DNA of 64,000 bases from Neoconidiobolus thromboides FSU 785 (GCA_025603075.1 MU626281.1:62001-126000), one strand, 5' to 3'; shown: positions 51,201-63,475, counted from the stretch's first letter. A program made the numbers and translations. The notes: generated by a model not told the origin, from the letters alone.

Positions 51201-54200
51201 TTTAATTTCCTCTCACTTTCCACTTAATAATAGTAACATTGGCTTAGACAATAGTAATTTTGGAGCTGGAAATAATAATAATGAAAATGGGTTATTTAGA
51301 AAACGTACCCAATCAGTTCCTGTTTCTGCTTATTCAAGTCCAGTTTCAAGAGAATCCGCTAGAAAAGTGAGTTCCAATCAATTTGATAACTATGACAATA
51401 AATTAGCATTGAGTAAATTGGGAGCTTTAAAAGAATCCCTCTTATTAGTTAAAGACCATTCTTTAATTTTATTTAAAGTACCAAAAAAGGAATCGGCTCA
51501 AGGTAAATTTTTATAATAACTATTTAACAGTTTATTATATTTTAATATTCAATTATTAATTTTTATTTTTATTAGATCCATTAGAAGATTTAAATCATCT
51601 TTCATTAGGAAATTCGACGATTAATGATAATTTAATTGAAGTTCAAGTATGTTCTGGTAAAATTGAAGAATTAGTAGAAATACTAGTTTATGGATTGAAT
51701 CAATATTCACCTTATTTATTAAATTATAAAGAAAATCCATTATATGGAGGATCTAATTTATTAAAGTTTGATAGTGAAGAATACCGAGAAATCTTTTTTT
51801 GTACATTTCGAAGTATAACAACACCAAAAAGATTATTTGAATTATTAAAAGAGTGTTTTAATAAATCTTTGTCAAAAGTTATGACGAATTCCAAACCAAG
51901 TGAAGATCTATTTCAACAAAGTGTCAAAGAAGAAGCTCAAATATTAGATATATTTAAATTTTGGATTACTTATCATTTTCATGATTTCCTTGATTCTCCT
52001 GATTTATTAGAGTTAATATTTATCTTTTTACATTCTTTAAGTGAAAGAATGAGTAATATATTAGATAAATCCATTTCAGAAGCTGCTTCCGAATTACATA
52101 TTTTATGTGAAACACGTTCATTAACACCCATTGTAAGTTCAGGTAATAAAGTAAAAGAAGAAAGAAATGAACCTGTATTTCGTACACCATATGCATTAAT
52201 GAATTCACCTGCTGGTTCTACTGAAAATTTATTAGCTGCAACTGCATCAGTACCATACCAAGTATCTTCATGGGACTTAGATTTATATACTGAAAATCAA
52301 TTATTAGATGCTTTTCATCATTTTATTGCACCAATGCTTAAAAAAGCTACCCCTAAAGATTATTTATTAAGTAGTTCGTTATTAGAAGCACAAAGTATAA
52401 GTAATTGGTCATGGTTAAGTTCAAGTAAACCATTGTCCTATTCAGAAGATGAAACAGCAATTTCAGATATATTTAGTTTATTGGAGAATTGTAGAAGAAG
52501 ATGTACTATATTAAATTCCACTAATAATTCTACTCAAAATCAAAATCAAACTTCATTAACTTGTGATCGAGTGTTAGTATCTTTATTTCCAAGACCAATT
52601 GCTGATCTTTGGCAATTTAGAGATAAAATAAGAACGTGGGCTATTCAACAAGTTTCAATTGAATTAAAAATAGAAGAAAGAATTGAAAGAATTATTAAAT
52701 TAATTAAAATGGTTATTATTTGTCGAAGAAAAATGATAGATTTAGCTAGCTCCCATTATCAATTATTAGCTGAATTAATGTCATTGCCTCAAGAAGAAAT
52801 TGAAAAATTACTAAAAAATTATCAATTACCTTCTTTTGTTGAAAGAGGTTTATTAAGTGGTTTAATTAGTCCAGAGAGTAGGTGTTTCAATCGAGCTTGG
52901 AATGAAATCGCATCAAAATATAATGTACCAATTGATGATTTAAACCCATTAATTGAGGCTATTGAACGTACACTTGAAGAAGATCTACCACAAATTGAAA
53001 TTGTAACTCCTTGTGTAGGTTATGTATTTGAAAGTATTTGTTCTATTATAAGATCTTTACCAGACCATTCAGCAGCTTCAACATCCATATTAAATTTTTC
53101 AAAGAGAACAGTTATCTATAAGTTGTTACAATGTTTTACAGAATGGGTCGGTATAGCTACAGTTAATCCACCTAACCGTAAAGGTTTTGATACAATGAAA
53201 TTATTATCTGGTTTAGAAGCATTAAAGAAGCCGGATTGGGTAATGGTCAAACAAATAGCATCTGCAGAAAATGGTAATACACACTCGAACTATGCCACTA
53301 GTATCTATCATTATGCCACAGGAACCGGTTCTTTTAGACGAATTTTTGGAACTATTGTAAGTGAACAGTTGGAAAAACAAAAATTAGAAAATCGAGAAAG
53401 GGAAAAAGTAATGCGAGAAGTGAAAGCTCATCAATTAGAAATGTTAAAAAAACAACAAGAACAAGCTAAGTTGTATGATAAACAACAAAAAGAACAGCAA
53501 GTTCGTAAAGCAAAAACAAAAGAATTGATGAAAATGGCCTCCCTCTATAAAACCGTTCAATCTTCAGGTGATACTTCTTTATCACTTTCGAAATTTTCAA
53601 GTATTACTTCCAAAAAACCAGTGCATGTTATTAAGCTCATTAATTCAACTACTATCGTGGATGAAGGTTATACAAAAAGGGATTTTGTTATTCGAATTAT
53701 TACTGAGGAAGGAGGGGAATATTTAATTCAATGTTTAGATAAAGTGGATATGGATGAATGGGTACATGTAATCAATGTAGCAGCTCAACAAGCAGCAGCT
53801 AGAAGAGTTACTTTATTAGCTCAAGATTTAAGTTCATTAAATGAAGAAGATAATTCTACTTCAATTGTTACAGCAAAATCAAGGAATTCAGGTAACTTTT
53901 TTTAAATTTTTATTTGTATCTATTATGAACTGAGATTTTAATGTATTATTTTTTATTAGTGTTTGGTGTTGAATTGAGTAAAGTTATGAAAGATAAAGAA
54001 TTACCATTAGTAGTAAAAAAATGTATTGCTGAAGTTGAAAAAAGAGGATTAGATGAGGTAGGTATCTATCGAGTACCTGGCTCAGCTTCAAGAATTAGTG
54101 CTTTATGTAAAGCATTTGATGAAGGTAAGATTTAAATTAGAATGAATGATTAATGGGATATAATATTAATTGTATTTTCAATTAGATTCCGAAAGTATGG

Positions 54201-54801
54201 ATTTAACACAAGATGAATGGGGAGATATTAATGTAGTTGCATGTACCTTAAAACAATATCTAAGAGATCTACCAGAACCTATAGCTACTTACGAACTGTA
54301 TGATAGTTTTATTAGTGCTGTTAGTAAGTATTTTTTTATTTCAATATTAATTTAAAAGTAAGGTATTAATAATGAATTTAGCTGTTGAAGATTATGATGA
54401 GCGCTTATTTGCAATTAAAGATGTGTTACCAAAATTACCAGAACAAAATTACATCTTTTTAAAAACATTAATTGAACATTTGGAACAGTAAGTTTTGATT
54501 AAATTTAATATGTAAACAATAACTTAATTATTCGTTATTTCCTCTTAGTGTCACCGATTTTGAAGAAACAAATCATATGTATGCAACTAATTTAGCTATT
54601 GTATTTGGTCCCACTATCTTTCGACCACCACCAAGTGAGTCCAGCTTTGCTTTATCTATGGCTAATTTAGGTCATCAACAAAATTTAGTTAAAAATTTAA
54701 TATTACAATACCATTGGTTATTTGATGTGGAGGCAGAAGTGGAAGAAAGCCATGATGATACAATGATTACCATTACAGAACCAATGGAAGGGGAACATTA
54801 A
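48295..54801 (+). CDS. BEM2: Large PH-RasGEF-PH-RhoGAP signalling protein (Bem2-like, ~2000 aa, multi-exon)
   Basis: PH (KEGYLNKK..RSWKLYYVTL), RasGEF-N (SGTVDALI), RasGEF (ELAQQL..RAAILNQWI), second PH (KRDFVIRI..DMDEWV), RhoGAP (LPLVVKKCIAEVEKRGLDEVGIYRVPGS..NHMYATNLAIVFGPT). First intron 51503-51575. Confidence 0.78.
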
Positions 54802-55320
54802 GGATATAATGGAATAAACAGCATTGAGTATGTTATTGATTATTTGAGGATTTAATAAGATATTTGGCATTGAAAAAGAAGGATTGGATGTACGATGGAT
54901 TGGGAATAAGGACGAGAATGATTGATTGATTGAATGGTCAATAATCAATTTTATATTTTTTTATTTTTTTATAGTATATATATTAACGATAAATAATCTA
55001 ATTTAAATTTCTTTATTAATAAATTTTTAATATCTTTTTAATGTATTCTTTTTATTCTTGATTTTTTTAATAGGTTATTATTCTTTCTGATAACGTTTAA
55101 AGTATTAAATATTTAAATAATTAAGCTGGATTTCTCAAATCCTTACTAATGGGATCTTAATTTAAGAATCAACCATTGATTGGCTCTCTCCGATTTGTAA
55201 GAAAATTTTTTTCTCAAAATTTTTATAAATTTGAAAGTTTCATTATCATAGAAAATCACTTTTTGAATCGAATTTGTAAGTAAACTATTAACTACTTTAA
55301 TAAAAAAATTTCATTAAAAT

Positions 55321-55407
55321 CCCAATGATGATCCAACAACATACCGGTTTTGATATTTTTTATAAAAATAAATGATGGACCAACTATCTCTAAGAAGCCC
55401 TGAGTTC
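55321..55407 (+). ncRNA. Box C/D snoRNA, SNORD61(U61)-like guide
   Basis: Box C ATGATGA 55325-55331, D' TTGA 55350-55353, C' ATGATGG 55372-55378, box D CTGA 55400-55403; guide CTCTAAGAAG is antisense to conserved 18S CUUCUUAGAG. Confidence 0.75.
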
Positions 55408-55561
55408 TTTTAAATGTTAACAAAACAATGATCTAGTGTCACTTATTAATCTTCATTTCTTTAGTTTTTCCACATATATCAATGATTGTACAAAAAATCA
55501 TTTATATTCGGTCTATCAGTAAAAACTAATAGGTAAGTGGTTTTTTTATCTGATCTATGAT

Positions 55562-55665
55562 AACAATAGCATGATGAAATAAAATTTTTAATTTAATCTG
55601 TCAATCCGCTGAAAACGCCCAGGTTGCTGGAGTTTATTGACGAGTATAATGATTCTGAAATTGTT
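55562..55665 (+). ncRNA. Box C/D snoRNA, SNORD110-like guide
   Basis: Box C ATGATGA 55571-55577, D' CTGA 55609-55612 preceded by AATCTGTCAATCC (antisense to 18S GGAUUGACAGAUU), box D CTGA 55655-55658, terminal stem AACAAT/ATTGTT. Confidence 0.8.
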
Positions 55666-55971
55666 TTATTACTCTTATTTTGATTTTATGTAAGCATCTT
55701 ATTAACCTGCTTGTTTTTTTATAGATACCCTTGTCTTACCTTATGTACTATATATTTGTAAATTATGAAATAAAATAAACCTTAATTAATATACTCTTTT
55801 TATTTGTCCCAATTTTTTAAATAAAGGCACCTGTTTGAATTTAAATAACTTAATTTACCTTAGATTTCTATCAATATCTAAAACTAGAAACTTCAAAAAA
55901 ATAAAGTCAAATATTAAATTTTCAAATAACTGCCATTTATTTATACTAACAATTCAAAAAAAATTATTTTT

Positions 55972-56587
55972 TCATTCCATGGCTTCTTCTTTAACTTCTT
56001 CTTTTAATTCTTCATCAGCTCCACGGATATATAATACATTATTACACCTAATAATTAAAATAAAATTATTAATACACATTCCGAGATAAAAAATTCAACT
56101 TTTTACCTTATCAATACTTCCCCAACTTGAGCACCTATTCCATCTTCAAATTCTTCAGCTGAGTTTAACTATAAAAATTCAAATATTAATAGGTAATAAA
56201 AATAAAAAAATAAAAATAAAATTAACAATAAAAAACAAGTAGAAACAATAACCATGTAGATAAATCAATTATTACTAATAATGCTTACTTGTAAATTCAT
56301 ATAAGAATCAACCGAAGTTAAAAAACCTTTGTATTCTAAACCCCACTTGAGTTTGACTACTACGGCTTTTCCAGTTAAATTTTGTAAAAAGGGTTTGGGA
56401 TTGACGGGGATTAACTAATAAATAGAGAAATGAGATTAGCATTTGTTGTTTTGTGAGTGGATTTTTCAATGAGATTGATAGCTTGGTTATTTGAAATTTG
56501 AAGTTGTGGTTTTTTAGTGTTGAGTTTTGAAAACGATTTTGCTAAAACCGTGAATATGCGGTATATAATTATACTTACACTTGACAT
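55972..56587 (-). CDS. SNRPF: Small nuclear ribonucleoprotein SmF, 4 exons
   Basis: [68 protein letters not shown]. Confidence 0.92.
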
Positions 56588-56810
56588 AGTCTGATTATTG
56601 TTTTACTTTTTTTAACTTTTGGTTAAAGAATGAATTTGATTTCTAAAAATTGAATTTGAATGAATCTAAAAATCCAAAATAAACTTCATTTATGCAGCTT
56701 TATTTTAGGACTTTGGGACTTAAGTTCCTTTTTTTGCAATTCATTTTTTTAGGAATTTTAGTTTTGAAATTTCCAGTTACTATTTTTATTCAATCAAAGT
56801 AAATAAATAA

Positions 56811-58725
56811 ATGGATTTGACAACAATCAAAAAAGGGATAGAAGATATTGAAGGTAGATACTAGATAGTAGCCAATACGAAAAAGATCATTTTAAAAAAA
56901 ATTCCTAATAGATAATGCCACCGCTCCAAAATCTCGAGCTAGTAACCGTCGATTATGGAACCAAATACCAGAAGATATATTAAATGATGAGTTGTTAAAT
57001 ATGGCAATAAAACAAGTATGTATTATTTATTTAATAAAAAATTTAAAAAATAGTAATCAATTTGACAAAAATTAGTTACCTTCCAATTATAACTTTGAAA
57101 TTCACAAGAGTATTTGGCAAATTAAAAAATTTGGAGCTACAAAAGGTAATAATATACATATATATCTTATTAAACTAGTTTATTATTATCAATATCAAAA
57201 AACTAATCCCTATCCTTTATAGTGGCTTTACAATTCCCTGAAGGTATATTAATGTTTGCTTGTACTATAGCGGATATATTGGAAAGGTAAATAAAAAATA
57301 GCTTTTAATAAGAAATATTTAACTTAAATATTTAACTAGATTCTGTGACGTAAAGACAGTAATAATGGGGGATGTAACTTATGGTGCATGTTGTGTAGAT
57401 GATTTCACAGCTAAAGCATTAAAGTGTGATTTTTTATTACATTATGGACATTCTTGTTTAGGTAAATGAATTTAAAATATTTCATTTCATTTTTGTTAAT
57501 TTATTTTATTAAATTCTATATTCTAATTTTAAAAATTTATTAGTTCCTGTTGATATTACTAGTATAAAGACATTATACATCTTTGTTGATATCAGTATTA
57601 ATATCCAACATTTCATTGATACTGTAGAATATAATTTTGAAGTTGGTAGTAAATTAGCCTTAGTAGGTACAATTCAATTTGGTACTGCTTTACAAGTAAG
57701 TATTTTATCAACGTTTATTATTAAACCATCAAATTATTATTATTTATTTATTTTTAAAATAATAATTAGGCTTCATATCAATTACTTTCTAAAAATTATC
57801 AAATTTTAATACCACAAAGTAAACCATTAAGTCCTGGTGAAATATTAGGTTGTACGGCACCAAAAATTAACTCACAAGATGCATTGATGTAAGTGTAATA
57901 TGCCCTCTTCCTAGTAATTTAATACAATTCTAATATCTTCCATAAAATACTAGCTACCTAGGTGATGGTCGGTTTCATTTAGAAGCTGCTATGATAGCTA
58001 ATCCTGATTTACCAGCTTATCGATATGACCCATATAATCAAAAATTTACTAGAGAATATTATAACCATAGTGAAATGCATGAAATAAGAGAGTTTGCAAT
58101 CCAACAAAGCAAAAAAGCCAAAAATTTTGGTATCATTTTAGGTACCCTTGGTAGACAGGGTAGTAATCGAGTTTTAGAAGTAAGGATTTTTCTATAGTAG
58201 AGATTTTAATTGATAATGTTTTATTTCTAGGCATTGAAAGAGAAGATTGAAGATAAGGGATTAAACTATAGTATTATTTTATTATCTGAAATCTTTCCAA
58301 CCAAATTAAATGAGTTTGAAAATATTGATGTGTAAGTATTAACAGCTATAACACTATTAGTCAACTAATTAATCTTTTTGATTTTGTTAATTATTAGTTT
58401 TGTTCAAATAGCTTGTCCTCGGTTAAGTATTGATTGGGGTTATGCATTTAATAAGCCCTTATTAACTCCTTATGAAGTTAATGTTGCTTTAGATAATATT
58501 GAATTTCAAGATGTTTATCCAATGGACTTTTATGCTAATGAATCTTTAGGAAATTGGACACCAAATCATAATAATCATTTAAAAAATAAAAATAGAAATA
58601 AGAAGAATGAGAAAGTACTAAGTACAAAGAATAAGACGAGTGAGAAAGATAAGGAGGATAATGGATGTTGTGGAAGTAAAAATAAAAAAGAAGAAGGTGG
58701 GTGTTGTGGTCGTAAGGTGGTGTAA
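56811..58725 (+). CDS. DPH1: Diphthamide biosynthesis protein 1, multi-exon
   Basis: [98 protein letters not shown]. Confidence 0.92.
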
Positions 58726-59083
58726 GATCAGTAGGGAGTTTATTTATAAATAAATATAATTTTTGAATAAAAGTAATTTTTGTTTAATTGATATGAAATG
58801 TTTTTTACTTATTTTTCTATAATGCCAATATATTGAAGAAATTAATTTCCTAAATTAAATTAGTAAGATAAAAGATCAAAGCTTATGATTGGTTGTTATT
58901 AAACCAAATTTCACATTTGATTAATTTTTAATATTTGTTATTTTTTATTTTTTAAGAAAATAGTATAATACTTGTATATATTTTTATATCAACAATAGAA
59001 GATATTATTTCTTTAAACTTCAACTAGGACTCGCATAAGCCCACTTTTAAATTAAATACAAATAGTCAATTATCATATCGAAT

Positions 59084-59680
59084 ATGTTATTAACACGATT
59101 AACTACAAGTATTAAACCAACGAAACTAAAAAGTACATTCCATTTTAATAATAATTTATTAATCAAACGAACATTATTTGAAAAAATATCTCCACATCCA
59201 AAGAACTCATTGTTATTCTATAAAGATTTTATATTAATTATGGGCATCTTTGCTATCACTGGCTCCACTTCAGTTTATATTTCAAGACCTTTATTAAATA
59301 ATCTCTTTGGCTTAAAAGGTAAGGAACAATTTGATCTAGTTTTAGCAATAGATATAGATTCATTTTATAATACAATGTTTTTTTAAATATTACCACTACT
59401 AAATTAAAAAACAATTTCAATGAATTAGTAATTAATAGCATATAAAAAAAGAGTATTAAGTGAACTAAGCATTTATCTTTTTTATATAGGTTCCTTAAAA
59501 GAAGGCCCATGGAGTTATCGAATAAGTTCTGTATTATTAGGATTACCAACTTATTCATTATTATTATTTACGTTTTCTAATTTATTTGGTAAAAATGTTT
59601 ATTTTTATCCAATATTAAAAAGAATGTGGAGTCGATTTTTACCTAAAAAATGGAGTAATAAATTGACTATGCTAAAGTAG
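59084..59680 (+). CDS. Small membrane protein with mitochondrial-type presequence, DUF6787-like
   Basis: Exons 59084-59318 and 59490-59680; basic/hydroxylated N-terminus; IFAITGSTSV..GSLKEGPWSYR..PTYSLLL..LFG..KRMWSRF. Confidence 0.6.
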
Positions 59681-59719
59681 TTAAATAAATAAATAAACTA
59701 AAGTGATTTTTATATATAT

Positions 59720-59816
59720 GGGGATGTATTATTTTATTTAAGAATTTTATTAACAACCTTTCCACTACAAATAGCACAAAAAATGAAAAAGTAATGAAAC
59801 CAAAGAAAACGTCCCC
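59720..59816 (+). mobile_element. GGGG-MITE copy
   Basis: ATAT/ATAC flanks. Confidence 0.8.
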
Positions 59817-60031
59817 ATACAATACATTGATGTTATATAATATTGAATTGTTATATTATATATAGTTTAATTCAATAAGATTGATTCTCAATATTAAAAA
59901 TAGATTATAATAATTTTTAGTAGAAAATAGTTTATTTTATTCGAAAGCATCAACAAGAATAAAAAATTAATAAGCTAAATAAAGATCACCTATTACATAA
60001 TCAAAAACATCTTTTAAACTTTAATATCAGT

Positions 60032-61116
60032 TTAAATTTGGCATTGGGCATCATTACAATGACGTACTAAAACTTCGTCTTTATGCTACAATAAATAAAT
60101 AACAATAATTAATTAATATAATAATAAAATAAATAATATCTACATCAATAATATTAGGATCCCCACCAGCAGCAAATATAACTTCTTTTAAACTTGGATA
60201 ATCACCATAGCCTTTTTGTTTAAATTCATATAATATCTCACCACCTTGATCAAGTAAATAAGTACCACCTAATTGACTATTTAAAAAACAAATGTTATGT
60301 TAATAATTGTATTATTTTGTTATATTAAGATAGTTAATTATTACAATCCATCACCAACCTAAACAAAAATAGATTATTAATAAATTATCAATAAATTATT
60401 AATAGATTATTAATAAAATACTAATTATACTTACCAACATATTACCAGTGATACCACGTTCTTTACAAGCTCTAGAAGCTCTTTCTATAAATAAAAGACA
60501 AATAAATAAATTGTATTTATTAATAATAGTAATATACTTACGTTCTTCATCGCCAAATAAAGTAACAATACCGGACCAATAATTATGACGATTAAAATTC
60601 AAATATTTATATAAAGTTCTTGGTTTGTCCATATATAATTCATAATCCCAAAATTTATTTTCAGTCCATTCCTATTATAAAATAGAATATTTTATTAATA
60701 TTATGTTTATACATTAACAATAATATTATTATTACTTTTAAACCTAATTCATCAAATCCAATACCAATAACACGAACGTTTAATTTTTCTATTAAAAATA
60801 AACAAATAAACAAAATTATTATAATAAAATAGAAATAAATTTACCAAACTCTTTTTTATAATTAGAAAGTACTTTAGCTTCTAAACTAAAATGAAAAAGC
60901 ATAAACATATTATATTATAAAAAGATATGATAGCATTAGATTCTTATTTTCTACTTACCGACATAAGGGACACCCAAATCTTCGAAATATTTTAAATAAT
61001 ACTTTTTGATGATCCCAAGCGGAATTTAATTTGACAATTTCTTCTGGTTTATCCCAGGGATTGACTTCAATATTTAAATTAATTTTTTGTCCGATTAAAC
61101 TCTTTTCGGTAGTCAT
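60032..61116 (-). CDS. Peroxiredoxin-like 2 (AhpC/TSA-2, FAM213-type) protein, paralog 1, multi-exon
   Basis: IFRRFGCPLCR (CxxC)..RVIGIG..LYMDKPRTLYKYL..QLGGTYLLD..YGDYP..; last exon HKDEVLVRHCNDAQCQI. Confidence 0.8.
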
Positions 61117-62195
61117 TGTTATATGTTTCTTCTGTTAATATAGAAATAGATAGAATCGATTTATTTAATACAAATAATCAATGTTTGGAGTTGAGTTTCA
61201 TATTTATACTTAATTTTTTAATTATTACTCCCTTACTCGCTTCGCATTTTTTTAAAATTTTGTTAGTCAATTAGCCTATTTTATCTAGTTATCCGCCTAG
61301 CATAATTTCATTTTTTGAATTATGGTTTTTTTTAATCGATGGACAAATTTAGTAATTTAATGGCCTTTAACATCGTAACTTGTGTTTAACACATTGCTGT
61401 TAAGTCATAGCAATCCGTTTTTGAAGTTGAGGTTAAAATGAACTTATAACATATTAATAATTTTCAACCAATTAAATTAAGTTCATCTCGTTTTATAAAT
61501 CAATTCAATTAGTTAAATTTGCTTTAGTGTGGCTAAAGTCCAAACTTAATATCTATAAATAAAATCGCCCGACAACAATATGTTAATATCGTAATTATTG
61601 AGATGAAATTGGAATTTGGATTTATTTCATTTTTAACAGTATTTATTCTTAGGGTAATTAGTCGATTTTTTTTAGTTTTATTAAATAATTTAGCCATACT
61701 TGAATTTTTTATAAAAAAATTAACCATGGTGCTACATATTAGTAATTATACTATTAAAATGATTGTGAAAGAATATTTAATAAAATAGGATAACGATGAC
61801 AATGTTATTAAGTTTTTTCATGTTTTATTTGAAAATAAAGAGATTATTATTCATAAAGTTTTTTTAAATTTTTGTTAAAGAATTAATTTTATGGGTTAAA
61901 TAAAATCCTAACAAATATAATTGCTTTTTTATTCTGATTGTTTTTTTGATCAAAATTTCTATTGTCTAGAACAAAACTTTATTAAGAATTTTCAGCATTT
62001 TCATTTTATAAATCAACTAATATATTTAAATCTAGAAAATAAGTCTTTGAAAAAGTTAATAATGAATAAAAAATACATCACTTAAAAATTGATACAAAAT
62101 AATAGAGTATAAAGTACAAATGATACAAAATAATGCAATAAATTACAAGATATAAATGACATAAAATAACGCAAAATTAAATGGCTTAGAAAAGA

Positions 62196-63163
62196 CTATA
62201 GTTTATTATCATGATATACTGGGAAATGGGGAGAGATAGTATTCTAAAAGAAACATTAACAATAACCAGTAATCTCAAGTATAAAATCTTACCTCAATGA
62301 CATTAGAATTACCCCCAATCAATTCAATCATCTTCTTGATATCTGGATAATCACTGCCCGTTACCTGCTCAAATTTATAAATTAACTCTTGATTATCAAA
62401 TAATAGTGTGGCTCCTAATTGGCTATTAAAATATATTAAAAAACGTTCCATTTATACAATTGATGAATTAAAATTACAAGCCATCGCCTTTCTAAATAAA
62501 CATCAAACTATGTTAATACTTAATTATTAAAAAATAGTGTTTAATTACCGTATAATTTCCACCAACACCCATTTCTTTAGCCTGTTTTAAAGAGTTCACT
62601 ACACAGTTTTAAAAAAATCTATTAAAATAAAACAAAATAAAATAACTTACAAGTAGTTGGACTGGTAAAAGCAAATATAGCATTAAATAAAGTCACTCTC
62701 TTTAAATTAAAATATTCATATACTTTTTTTTCTTGATCTAAATACAATTCTCCATCCCAATAGTTACCTTGTTCGAATTCCTTATTTGGTTTAAATATTT
62801 AGATTATAATAAAGATTATTCAAAAGAAGAAAAACCTACTTTATACCCATTAATATCAAACCCAATGCCAATTAACTTTACATTGTATTTGTCTATAAAT
62901 AAAGATGATTAATATATCTAATTCTTATCACATTAATCAACTCCAATCGAACTATCATAATCAATTAAAATATCTTTTTCTCTCATTAACTTACCAAAAA
63001 TTGGTTTATAACTTGACAATGCTTTCGCTTCCATCCTACATAATGGACAACCAAATCGACGCATTAATTTCACTACCACTTTCCCATTTAATATTTCAGA
63101 TAAATGTATTTTCTTCATCCCATTTTTGGTTACTTGAGTTACTAATAATTGCTCAAGGCTCAT
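62196..63163 (-). CDS. Peroxiredoxin-like 2 protein, paralog 2, multi-exon
   Basis: VKLMRRFGCPLCRMEAK..KVIGIG..QLGATLLFD..GSDYP..; ends HFPVYHDNKL. Confidence 0.8.
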
Positions 63164-63392
63164 CTTTATTTGATTTTTTTTAATTAGATGTTGCTTTAAT
63201 TTTATTAAAACTGATAATTGTCAATAATTTTACGATTATTAAACACACATTCTCCCTTTTTATTAAGTCATAATGTTGGAATTTCGTATCCCTTTCTTTT
63301 TGACCGTTTAGAAAATGTGGCTTTTTATTCATAAAAAAATTCATATGTAGACTGATTATAATTAAGTTATTTGTTTAAATTTCGGTAACATA

Positions 63393-63475
63393 GATCAGGT
63401 GGCCGAGTTGGTCTAAGGCGCCGTGTTAAGGCCGCGGTCTCTTCGGAGGCGTGGGTTCGAATCCCATCCTGATCA
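63393..63475 (+). tRNA. tRNA-Leu(AAG), intronless
   Basis: Acceptor stem GATCAGG/CCTGATC, D-arm TGGCCGAGTTGGTCTAAGGCG, anticodon loop TTAAGGC, long variable arm, T-arm GGTTCGAATCC, downstream T-run terminator. Confidence 0.95.

Noticed and set aside
56416-56578. Long first intron of SmF as a snoRNA host
   Set aside because: No box C/D pair and no convincing H/ACA double hairpin.
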